This document shows, in pieces, positions 18,337-27,137 of a DNA stretch of 33,674 nt. The number at the start of each line of letters is the position of its first letter. The stretch's first letter is position 1. The DNA comes from an uncultured bacterium (GTDB lineage Bacteria; Fermentibacterota; Fermentibacteria; Fermentibacterales; JCC-6): positions 1 through 33,674 of the forward strand of contig CAZOQQ010000002.1 of assembly GCA_964582075.1 (NCBI GenBank), in the 5' to 3' direction. A program made the translations under genes and the position numbers. A model generated the notes under the pieces. That model made no database searches and was not told the origin of the DNA. It saw only the letters and a list, made by a program, of their open reading frames with translations.

Positions 18337-18361
18337 CCCATTTCATGGGATAACATCCCAC
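18315..18361 (-). promoter_or_regulatory. putative MraZ operator: array of GTGGGA/TGGGT boxes
   Basis: Minus-strand boxes are GTGGGA at 18361..18356, TGGGT at 18340..18336, GTGGGA at 18330..18325 and GTGGGA at 18320..18315. The last two are exactly 10 nt apart and lie inside the promoter spacer. An inverted TGGGAT-N3-ATCCCA palindrome sits at 18346..18360. Confidence 0.5.
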
Positions 18362-18537
18362 ACAGATTTCATCGTTAGATATACGAATCTTCTATATACT
18401 TGATATATCGATATTTACGCGGATATATAGATCAAATGGAATATGTTGTGCGGATTCTACCTTATATGAAGATATACTGTTTTATGCTTTTGGCGGACTG
18501 TAATACATCGGGAGACATTCAGAAAAGCCTTCAGAGG

Positions 18538-20766
18538 TTACCGGGGCTTCTTCCTTTTCATGGTTTTAACGCGGCGTTTTTTTCTTGCTTCATCCTGGTA
18601 GTAATAGTTGTACCTGTAAGTATAATAACTGTACGATGTATAAGTATTCATGGGATTGAATCCGTTCAGAACAGCTCCGATACAATAACCTGAACCCTTC
18701 TGGAGTTTCTCCCAGGCTGATTTAAGCACTTTCCTGTCTATTTTCTTCGCGCCCACAACCATAAGAGTGGCGTCCATTTCAGAACTCATAACAACAGGAT
18801 CTGTTACAACGGCAACCGGGGGGCTGTCGAAAATAATCATATCCCATGAATCCCGCAGACGGGAAAGAAAACTGCTGAACCTTTTACTGCCAAGCAATTC
18901 TGACGGATTGTGGGGTATGTACCCGCACGTAAGTACGGACAGGTTCTCAACCTTCGTGCTGCTAACAGCTTCTTCCAGCTTAACGACACCGGCTATGGCT
19001 TCTGAGAAACCCGGTTCCCGGGAAAGAGAGAATATCTTATGCATGACGGGTCGCCGCAGATCGGTATCCACAATAAGAACTTTCGTTCCGGTCTGCGCAA
19101 TTGCTATGGCAAGATTCCCGGCCGTCGTGGATTTCCCCTCCCTCGGACCGGCGCTGGTAATCAGAATCGAATGTATTCCTTTATCGACTGCGCTGAAACG
19201 AAGACTTGTTCTTAAATCCCGGTACGCTTCACTTGCTGCCTGCCTGGGCGCTGTTATCATTATAAGTCCCTGCGTGCCACTCTGCAGTTCAACAACATCT
19301 GACCTGTGAACTTTTGGAATAACACCTATTACGGGAATGTCCAGATTCTCTATATCTTCGGGATTCTTGATTGAAGAATCGATCTGTTCCTTCAGGAAAA
19401 TAAGACCGATTCCGGCAGCCAGTCCGGCGAATATTCCCAGGATTAAATTCCTTTTTTTATTCGGTTTTATCATACCGCCCGGAAGGGCTGTATCGACAAT
19501 CGTCACGTTGCCTATCTGGCCTGCTTCGGTAATTCTGACTTCTTCGTACTTCGTTCGAAGCAGGAGGTAAATATCTTCGCTCACGGATTCATTTCTTTCC
19601 AGTCTTGCGAGTCTGAGTTCAAGTTCCGGGAGAACGGAAATACTGTCTTCCAGGTCACTTACAACGGATCGAAGAACGGATTCCCTGATTCTTTCCGCGC
19701 GGAGCTGTGATTCAACCGAAATGAGGTCTGATACTATCCCCTGTAAAGACTGGGCCGGGTCGTACGGGTAATTGCTGTAGGCAATCTCACCCAGAGCCTG
19801 CGTCAGGGCTTCTCTCCTGGTTGTAATTTCATTATCCAGATCCCTGATAACTTCATCATCCACGGTATTGCCCTGACCTACCAACGAAGCCCTGGATGAT
19901 TCAAGGGCGGCCAGATCGCTCTCAAGCTGTGAAATAAAAGTGGAATTCAAACTTGTAATATCTTCCGCGAAATCGGCGCGACTGCTTTCAAGCTGATCGG
20001 AATAGTATGCCTTCTGCGCCTGAAGAGCTCCCTGCTCGGTTCTGGAAGTGGCAGCGGAAGTTTCGAATATCGAAAGATTTCTGACAATCTGGGCAGTTTC
20101 TCCACTCAGGCTGACTATTCCGTTCTCCTCTTTGAACATGGTAAGGGAATCCTCAGCTTTGGCCAGTTCAACCGCTACTATATCCAGTTGTTCCGCAAGG
20201 AATTCTTTAACTATCGTATTTTCACCACGCTCGTCAGCAAGATTTTTCCTGTAATAAGTCTGAACAACAATATTGGCCAGCACGGCCGCGGCTGCTGGGG
20301 AATGTCCTGTAGCGGAAAGAATGAAAAAATCTGTATCCTTCATGTTGCTGACAGTAATGTTACCCCTGGTCAACCCGACCAGAGAAGCCCTGAGATTGTC
20401 CTGAGGTATCTCGCCGAAAAGAATGGTTAACAGGCTGTCCGAATTAGGTGACCTTATAATTGAATCGGCCACGGCTTCAGCCATGCTTCTGCTTCGAATG
20501 ATCTGTATCTGGTTGTTACGTTTCGGATCCATCTCGAACCATAGCACGCTTGACATGTTAAGAGCCTGTGTCATGTTGCTGCTGAGATCGTAAATGAACG
20601 TGGCAGATGATCTGTATACCGGTTCTGTTCTTGACGTTATCCATACGCTTGCTATTATGGATACAATAAGAAATCCCAGTATAATCCACTTGTTATGAAA
20701 CAGGAGCCAGAGATACTCCGAGATATTTATCGACTCATGTTCATCCTGAAAAGTGTTTTCATTCAT
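18538..20766 (-). CDS. polysaccharide co-polymerase / tyrosine autokinase (Wzc/GumC-like BY-kinase)
   Basis: It has an N-terminal Wzz-like region with a transmembrane helix, a long coiled-coil periplasmic segment and a second transmembrane helix. The C-terminal kinase carries Walker A ITSAGPREGKSTTAGNLA, A' VLIVDTDLRRP and B MIIFDSPP, then a Tyr cluster YTSYSYYTYRYNYYY. The start was trimmed to the ATG at 20766, which makes an ATGA overlap with the upstream stop (742 aa). Confidence 0.85.
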   Translation of the reverse strand: MNENTFQDEHESINISEYLWLLFHNKWIILGFLIVSIIASVWITSRTEPVYRSSATFIYDLSSNMTQALNMSSVLWFEMDPKRNNQIQIIRSRSMAEAVADSIIRSPNSDSLLTILFGEIPQDNLRASLVGLTRGNITVSNMKDTDFFILSATGHSPAAAAVLANIVVQTYYRKNLADERGENTIVKEFLAEQLDIVAVELAKAEDSLTMFKEENGIVSLSGETAQIVRNLSIFETSAATSRTEQGALQAQKAYYSDQLESSRADFAEDITSLNSTFISQLESDLAALESSRASLVGQGNTVDDEVIRDLDNEITTRREALTQALGEIAYSNYPYDPAQSLQGIVSDLISVESQLRAERIRESVLRSVVSDLEDSISVLPELELRLARLERNESVSEDIYLLLRTKYEEVRITEAGQIGNVTIVDTALPGGMIKPNKKRNLILGIFAGLAAGIGLIFLKEQIDSSIKNPEDIENLDIPVIGVIPKVHRSDVVELQSGTQGLIMITAPRQAASEAYRDLRTSLRFSAVDKGIHSILITSAGPREGKSTTAGNLAIAIAQTGTKVLIVDTDLRRPVMHKIFSLSREPGFSEAIAGVVKLEEAVSSTKVENLSVLTCGYIPHNPSELLGSKRFSSFLSRLRDSWDMIIFDSPPVAVVTDPVVMSSEMDATLMVVGAKKIDRKVLKSAWEKLQKGSGYCIGAVLNGFNPMNTYTSYSYYTYRYNYYYQDEARKKRRVKTMKRKKPR

Positions 20767-21191
20767 CGCTGGGTCATTATCCAAATCAGGTTAACCGCAA
20801 CAATTATTTTGTATGAGAAATCAATCGCGGACTTCCACCATTCAAAATTTCTTGTTGGTATATTAATTGTAGCACCAGGCTCCAGATCCGGAACCGGGCC
20901 TCCTTCAGCATCCAGAAAACGGTCGAGATTGTATTTTATTTCACTGTCCGCGTACACTATTCTCACATCGCTGAGTTTAGCTTTGGAAGTAGGCCCTCCC
21001 GCGGCGGATATACCCGCTATGAGATCGGCATCGACAGGCACAAGGTAAGTTCCGGGACTCCTGACCTCTCCCCACACATGAATGCTCATGAGGACTTCGC
21101 CTGTCTCCACTCCGGGGACAGTATACCTCTCAAGCCCCGAAGCGAAAAGGACAAGAGAAACCGTAAGAATAAGGACAGTGGAAATTCTCAT
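20763..21191 (-). CDS. small SLBB-domain polysaccharide export protein
   Basis: 142 aa with a signal-peptide-like N-terminus (MRISTVLILTVSLVLFASG, no lipobox Cys). The SLBB pattern is IHVWGEVRSPGTYLVP...DLIAGISAAGGPT...DLEPGATINIP. There is a hydrophobic C-terminal helix IIVAVNLIWIM. Confidence 0.6.
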   Translation of the reverse strand: MRISTVLILTVSLVLFASGLERYTVPGVETGEVLMSIHVWGEVRSPGTYLVPVDADLIAGISAAGGPTSKAKLSDVRIVYADSEIKYNLDRFLDAEGGPVPDLEPGATINIPTRNFEWWKSAIDFSYKIIVAVNLIWIMTQR

Positions 21192-22501
21192 GCTTTTACT
21201 ACTTTATCTCTGCCGTTGACTATTTCTGAACACGCGTTCCTTGTATCTACAACAAGATTCGAATTGTCAACTATCCACTGGTAATCGTAGCTGGAGTGAT
21301 TGGTAATGATTACGGCACAATCGTACCTGTTCAGAACATCTTCGGTTAGTTCAACGGAAACAGGCCTGCGATGGGTCTGCCTTGTTTCACCGATACTCCC
21401 CACATACGGATCGTTGTAGTCGACTTCTGCTCCCATATCAAGAAGCTTATCCATAACTTTGAGCGCCGGGGTTTCCCGGATATCGTCTATATCGGGTTTG
21501 TAGGCCATCCCGAGAATTAGAACTCTGCTGCCATTCACGCTTTTCTGCCTGTCGTTGAGCGCTTCTGTAATTATTGAAGTAACGAAAACAGGCATCGCGG
21601 TGTTGATTTCTCCCGCCAGCTCTATAAACCGGGTGGGCATGTCAAACTGATGAGCCTTCCATGTAAGGTAGAAGGGGTCAATAGGTATGCAGTGCCCCCC
21701 AAGGCCGGGTCCCGGATAGAACGGAGTAAAACCGAACGGTTTCGTCGATGCTGCCCTGATAACTTCCCAGATGTCAACACCCATCTTCGAGGCAAGCATT
21801 TTCAACTCGTTAACGAGTGCGATGTTAACGGCTCTGTAAGTATTCTCGGTTATCTTTGCCATTTCAGCAACTTCGGGAGAACTTACAGTAACCACATTAT
21901 CAACCGCGAAAGAGTAAACAAGCGCGGCAGCCTCTGATCCTTCGGAAGTAAGTGCTCCGACAAGCTTGGGTATTGTCCTTGTATTGTAGGTCTTGTTTCC
22001 CGGATCTTCCCGCTCGGGTGAGAACGCGACAAAGAAATCCTTTCCGGCTTTCATACCGCTTTCCTCAAGAATAGGCACAAGCTCTTCCCTGGTTGTTCCG
22101 GGGTAAGTTGTTGATTCAAGAACGACAAGCTGGCCTGTCTGCAGGTACTTTGATACTTCCCTGCTGGTATCGATGACGTAGCTGAGATCGGGCTCTCTGG
22201 ATTTACCCAGGGGAGTGGGAACACAGATAATAATCGCATCGGAATTCTTTATTTTCGAGAAATCGGTCGTGCATTTTATCCTGCCTGTTTTCACTGTTTC
22301 GGCAATACGCTCGGATGGAATATGTTTAAGGTAGCTTTTCCCCTCTTCGATAAATCTCGCTTTTTCAGGATCGACATCGATACCGGTAACCGTACATCCC
22401 CCCCGAACAAATTCAAGAGCTAGTGGAAGTCCGACGTAACCAAGACCGATTATTGCAACGGATGGATGTTCCGATCCATGCAGTCTGTCAACAAATTTCA
22501 T
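21188..22501 (-). CDS. nucleotide-sugar dehydrogenase (UDP-N-acetyl-hexosamine 6-dehydrogenase, WbpA/TviB/WecC-like)
   Basis: 437 aa with the N-terminal Rossmann motif VAIIGLGYVGLPLALEF and the catalytic Cys block GLGGHCIPIDP. Substrate specificity cannot be read from the sequence alone. Confidence 0.7.
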   Translation of the reverse strand: MKFVDRLHGSEHPSVAIIGLGYVGLPLALEFVRGGCTVTGIDVDPEKARFIEEGKSYLKHIPSERIAETVKTGRIKCTTDFSKIKNSDAIIICVPTPLGKSREPDLSYVIDTSREVSKYLQTGQLVVLESTTYPGTTREELVPILEESGMKAGKDFFVAFSPEREDPGNKTYNTRTIPKLVGALTSEGSEAAALVYSFAVDNVVTVSSPEVAEMAKITENTYRAVNIALVNELKMLASKMGVDIWEVIRAASTKPFGFTPFYPGPGLGGHCIPIDPFYLTWKAHQFDMPTRFIELAGEINTAMPVFVTSIITEALNDRQKSVNGSRVLILGMAYKPDIDDIRETPALKVMDKLLDMGAEVDYNDPYVGSIGETRQTHRRPVSVELTEDVLNRYDCAVIITNHSSYDYQWIVDNSNLVVDTRNACSEIVNGRDKVVKA

Positions 22502-23802
22502 ACATTTCTCCCGATTCCGTAGTAGGTAAAGCCCATGCTTTCCAGTTTAGCCGGATTGAAGACATTTCTGCCATCGAAAATGACGGGTTTCCTCATTATC
22601 TTTGACATTCTCGGAAAGTCAGGCTCTCTGAACTCTGTCCATTCGGTTACAAGCACCATGGCGTCAGCTCCGGATACTGCATCGTATACGGATGAAGCGT
22701 ATCTTACCGAATCGCCGAATATATCTGAAGCATTCTGCATTGCCTGGGGATCGTATACCGATACGCCGGCTCCTCTTTCAAGAAGCCCGTTAATAAGGGT
22801 AATAGCCGGAGCCTCCCTGATATCGTCCGTATTGGGTTTGAAGGATATTCCCCATACTCCTATCTTCACGTCTTTCAGATCGTCTCCGAAATGCTCGGAA
22901 ACCTTCCTGACAAGAAGCCTTTTCTGGTTCTGATTAACTTCGGTTACCGCTTTAAGTACCTTGAGCTCAACACCGTTCTCAAGTGCTGTCTTCTGCAGTG
23001 CTCTTATATCCTTGGGGAAGCATGAACCGCCGAACCCCGCGCCTGGAAACAGAAAACTTGTGCCAATTCTTCTGTCGGATCCAATCCCCATCCTGATATC
23101 ATGCACATCGGCTCCAACAAGTTCACACATATTAGCGATTTCGTTCATGAACGATATCCTGGTCGCGAGAAGGCTGTTAGCAACGTATTTTGTCATCTCG
23201 GCACTTCTGTTGCTCATGACAAGTACCGGGTTATTAGTTCTTACAAATGAAGAATACAGTTCCTTCATTACTTCCGCAACTTCGGCGGAATCGGTACCGA
23301 TAACAACCCGATCCGGTTTCATAAAATCGTCCAGTGCCGATCCTTCCTTCAAAAATTCAGGATTACTGACAACATGCACATCGAACTCGGAGATGTCATG
23401 AATCTTTTCCCGGACAAGATCAGCCGTTCCCACGGGAACAGTACTTTTGTTCACCACTATTCTGGGGCCGTCCATGTACTTCGCGATGTCCGAAGCAACT
23501 GAGAGTACATGTTTCAGGTCTGCCGAACCGTCCTCGTCAGACGGCGTACCAACGGCGATAAAAATAATAGAACTTTCCTTTACAGCCTGCTCAATATCGG
23601 TTGTGAAAGTAAGACGGTTTTCAGCAGTGTTACGCTCTATCATTGGAGATAGACCCGGTTCGTAAATAGGTAATATGCCTCTTTTAAGGTTGTCTATTTT
23701 TTCCCTGTTGTTATCCACGCAGATTACATCATTACCCATCTCCGAAAGACAGGTTGCGGCAACCAGCCCCACGTAACCGCTACCAACAACTGCAATGTGC
23801 AT
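22498..23802 (-). CDS. ugd: UDP-glucose 6-dehydrogenase
   Basis: 434 aa with MHIAVVGSGYVGLVAATCL, NPEFLKEG and the catalytic GFGGSCFPKD. GGAGGGAAG lies directly upstream of the ATG. Confidence 0.85.
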   Translation of the reverse strand: MHIAVVGSGYVGLVAATCLSEMGNDVICVDNNREKIDNLKRGILPIYEPGLSPMIERNTAENRLTFTTDIEQAVKESSIIFIAVGTPSDEDGSADLKHVLSVASDIAKYMDGPRIVVNKSTVPVGTADLVREKIHDISEFDVHVVSNPEFLKEGSALDDFMKPDRVVIGTDSAEVAEVMKELYSSFVRTNNPVLVMSNRSAEMTKYVANSLLATRISFMNEIANMCELVGADVHDIRMGIGSDRRIGTSFLFPGAGFGGSCFPKDIRALQKTALENGVELKVLKAVTEVNQNQKRLLVRKVSEHFGDDLKDVKIGVWGISFKPNTDDIREAPAITLINGLLERGAGVSVYDPQAMQNASDIFGDSVRYASSVYDAVSGADAMVLVTEWTEFREPDFPRMSKIMRKPVIFDGRNVFNPAKLESMGFTYYGIGRNV

Positions 23803-23871
23803 CTTCCCTCCGGTTCATTATTGTCGTTATCAATGACTGGTAAGCATATTATAAAATATTCATACTGTAAA

Positions 23872-25752
23872 CTAACGTTCCTTTAAAATTCTCCTGTCTC
23901 CCTTTCTTACTGTCCAGCCCAGACTGTCAAACAATTCCGCCCATCTCAGCGCCGGTTTCCTTGAGACTCCGATTAGATCCCTTAGTTCACCCAGTGTAAA
24001 ACCGTCCTTGCCGAACCTGTCTTTTATCTTTTCAATCAGCATTTCGGCTCTTTCGGATGTAACAAGCAAACCATCGTCCAATTCGAATAGAAGCCCGCGT
24101 TCAAAAAGAGCACGGGCAAGTACGGGATTCTGTATATCCTTGATGCTGACTCCAAGATTCTCACCCTCTTCTATCCGTGAGAGTACACTGTTAATAGCTT
24201 CCCTGTACGCGGATGGGATTTCATTACTGTGGGAAGTCATCGCGAGCCAGTTATCTCTTTTTTCAAGTTTTCCGGATTTAACCAAACTTGCCACCACATC
24301 CTTAACGAACCAGCGTGAATATTCAGACAGTATTCTTGAAGGTTCAGAAAGAAGCAATCCGGGACTTACGGGATTATTTTCATGATGATCGGCGAAAAAT
24401 GCCAGTAATTTATCACACGCTTTGTCAAAATAGACTTTCCTGACCGCGTGCCAGGTGGAACCGTCTTTCATAAGCTTAACTTCCCCTGCTTCAGACATCT
24501 TCTCGATAATCTCAAAAATATCATCCCTGACCAGGTAAGTAACTTTTTCCGCTTCATCGGCAGTAAGACCTTTTATTCCCGAATCATCAAGCAACTCCAA
24601 TAAAATACTCTCAATGTTGCCTGACTCCAGGGCTTTAAGGTGAGAAGTCCTGCCGGGAGCATATTTCTTTCTAACCTTGCGCGTTCCTGTTTCAAGGATG
24701 GCCCCTCCACCGATTGTGACAACGGGAGAATAATTCCTTACTATGAACTTGTCCCCCGGGAGCGCAACCACAGGTGATTCAAGTTGAAAATGAACAAATC
24801 CCGTTGTCCCCGGGAGTAAAATATCGCCCTCGACCGGTACGGTGCGGGCCATTACCTCGGCCGTGCCGGTATGAAGCCTGACACGCTGATACCTTTTAAG
24901 GGGACTGGCATTTTCGAGCAGAGACAATCTTGTATCAAGACTTCTTTTCACCTGAAGAAAACCCGGATCACCTACACAGGATCCCCTTTGAACATCTTCC
25001 TTGCGAAGATTAACAAGGTTCAGGGCAATCCTGTCACCGGCCATTCCGGTTTTTACCTCTTTATTCGCGTTCACTCTCATGGAACGAACCCGATAACTCT
25101 TACCGCCAGGCTGCAATTCGACTTCGTCTCCAACGGAAACACTGCCCGATATAGCGGTTCCACCTATAATCGTCCCGAACCCGTCAATAACAAAGACTCT
25201 GTCAACATCCAGCCGGAATTTTCCCGTTGATTCTCTATGAACGATTTCCTCGGTAAGTTTTACGATTGCTTGCCGAAGTTCCTCCATCCCCTGGCCTGTT
25301 ATTGAAGATACTTTCAGTACGGGGGTTCCCTGGAAAATAGAATCTTCCAGATATTCCACTATCTCGGTTTCGGCCATCTCCTGCATTTCACTGTCAACAA
25401 GATCGCACTTCGTAAGGGCGATTAAACCATTCTCAACACCGAGCAACCGGAGGATATCGAGGTGTTCCCTCGTCTGAGGCATGATTCCCTCGTCAGCGGC
25501 GATAACAAGAAGAAAACAGTCAACGGTTGCCGTTCCGGCAACCATTTGCCTGATGAATTTCTCATGTCCGGGAACATCGATGAAGGAGATGATACCGCCA
25601 TCTTCCGTCGGCATGAAAACGTACCCCAGCTCGATCGTTATGCCGCGTTCCTTCTCTTCTTTCAGTCTGTCAGGATCTGTCCCGGTCAGATACCTGACGA
25701 GCTGGCTTTTCCCATGGTCAATATGACCGGCGGTTCCTACTATTACTCCCAT
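23872..25752 (-). CDS. selB: selenocysteine-specific translation elongation factor
   Basis: 626 aa with GTPase motifs GTAGHIDHGKS, DVPGHEKF and TKCDL, followed by a long winged-helix C-terminal extension typical of bacterial SelB. AGGAG lies 5 nt upstream. It overlaps the selA stop by 10 nt. Confidence 0.9.
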   Translation of the reverse strand: MGVIVGTAGHIDHGKSQLVRYLTGTDPDRLKEEKERGITIELGYVFMPTEDGGIISFIDVPGHEKFIRQMVAGTATVDCFLLVIAADEGIMPQTREHLDILRLLGVENGLIALTKCDLVDSEMQEMAETEIVEYLEDSIFQGTPVLKVSSITGQGMEELRQAIVKLTEEIVHRESTGKFRLDVDRVFVIDGFGTIIGGTAISGSVSVGDEVELQPGGKSYRVRSMRVNANKEVKTGMAGDRIALNLVNLRKEDVQRGSCVGDPGFLQVKRSLDTRLSLLENASPLKRYQRVRLHTGTAEVMARTVPVEGDILLPGTTGFVHFQLESPVVALPGDKFIVRNYSPVVTIGGGAILETGTRKVRKKYAPGRTSHLKALESGNIESILLELLDDSGIKGLTADEAEKVTYLVRDDIFEIIEKMSEAGEVKLMKDGSTWHAVRKVYFDKACDKLLAFFADHHENNPVSPGLLLSEPSRILSEYSRWFVKDVVASLVKSGKLEKRDNWLAMTSHSNEIPSAYREAINSVLSRIEEGENLGVSIKDIQNPVLARALFERGLLFELDDGLLVTSERAEMLIEKIKDRFGKDGFTLGELRDLIGVSRKPALRWAELFDSLGWTVRKGDRRILKER

Positions 25753-27137
25753 AACTCCTGTGCTCCGGAATTAACCAGTAAGGCCAGCGTGGGCAGCTCA
25801 CCGGGCTGAAGTGTTCTCATATCGAGTTTCAAAAAACCATCCTCAATTCTGGAAGCTACAGCCGGGTCACCAAGCCGCAGTTTCAGTGCCAGGGCTTCGT
25901 TATCAGGACTCTTCAAACCGATACCGACCGAAGGAATCGCATAATCCGGAAGTGAACCGCTTCCTATGTAACTGTCTGTTTCCATGATTGTCGCTGAACA
26001 TGATGCGGGGAGATCCAGAAGGGATTTGAATTCATCGGCTCTTTCGCGAAGCTGGGGCACAGCCATGGAGAACATCCTGTACAGAGGATGATTCTGAATA
26101 AGGTACTCCGTATCCTCTCTGAACAGCATCAGCGAGGCTTCAAGGGCGGCTATGGTAAGTTTCCCCACCCTGAGAGCTCTGGCGAGCGGATGTTTTTTAA
26201 TCTTCTGAATGTACTCCTTCTTACCTGTGATTATTCCTGCCTGCGGCCCCCCTATAAGTTTATCACCTGAACTCGTGACAATCGCCGCTCCGGCTTTGAT
26301 ACTGCCGGAGACTGTCGGCTCAGACGGGAGTCCAAAGTTTTTAAGGTCAATGTACGAACCAGCTCCAAGATCATCAACGACAGGAATACCGAATTCTTCT
26401 CCAAGCTTTACCAGTTGTTCCAGTGGAACCTCCTCGGAAAATCCTCTTATCCGGTAATTCGACGGATGAACGCGCAGAATTATGGCAGTATTCTCGTTAA
26501 TAGCCTCACGGTAGTCCCATAGATGAGTTCGATTCGTACAACCAACCTCACGCATGATGGTCCCGCTTTGATTCATCACTTCAGGAATCCTGAATGAACC
26601 GCCTATTTCGACCAGCTGCCCCCTTGAGACTACAACTTCACGCCCCCTTGCGAGGGCCGAAAGTACAAGAAGAGTAGCTCCGGCATTGTTGTTCGCTATA
26701 GTGGCGGCTTCAGACCCGGCAAGCTCGCAGATGAGCTTCTCGGTGTGTATATCACGGTGACCTCTTCTTCCCGTTTCGGAGTCCCACTGCAGAATACTGT
26801 AACCTCTGGCAACCCGGGTAACTTCCTCAATCGCTCTGTCGGGAAGACATGCTCTTCCGATGGCGGTATGCAGAACCACACCAGTCGCGTTTATAACATT
26901 TTTCATCGTTGACGCGGTAAGCATGCGCAACTCAATAAGGGCAAGTTCTTTCAGTCTTCCGGGGGGCGGGGGAGTCTTCCCTTCAAGGATCTCCATACGA
27001 ACTTTATCAATAGCGCTTCTGCAAGCCAACCTGACTGTCGCGGGTGACCCGTGTTCATCCTCGCCTGTTATTTCTTCCGCAAGTTCATGAACTGCGGGTA
27101 ATTCCCTCATAATTTCATTGAGCTCTTTGTCATTCAT
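25743..27137 (-). CDS. selA: L-seryl-tRNA(Sec) selenium transferase
   Basis: 464 aa with [10 protein letters not shown] and the PLP-lysine block [21 protein letters not shown], and the length typical of SelA. There is an ATGA overlap with the rnfB stop at 27134..27137. Confidence 0.9.
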   Translation of the reverse strand: MNDKELNEIMRELPAVHELAEEITGEDEHGSPATVRLACRSAIDKVRMEILEGKTPPPPGRLKELALIELRMLTASTMKNVINATGVVLHTAIGRACLPDRAIEEVTRVARGYSILQWDSETGRRGHRDIHTEKLICELAGSEAATIANNNAGATLLVLSALARGREVVVSRGQLVEIGGSFRIPEVMNQSGTIMREVGCTNRTHLWDYREAINENTAIILRVHPSNYRIRGFSEEVPLEQLVKLGEEFGIPVVDDLGAGSYIDLKNFGLPSEPTVSGSIKAGAAIVTSSGDKLIGGPQAGIITGKKEYIQKIKKHPLARALRVGKLTIAALEASLMLFREDTEYLIQNHPLYRMFSMAVPQLRERADEFKSLLDLPASCSATIMETDSYIGSGSLPDYAIPSVGIGLKSPDNEALALKLRLGDPAVASRIEDGFLKLDMRTLQPGELPTLALLVNSGAQELWE

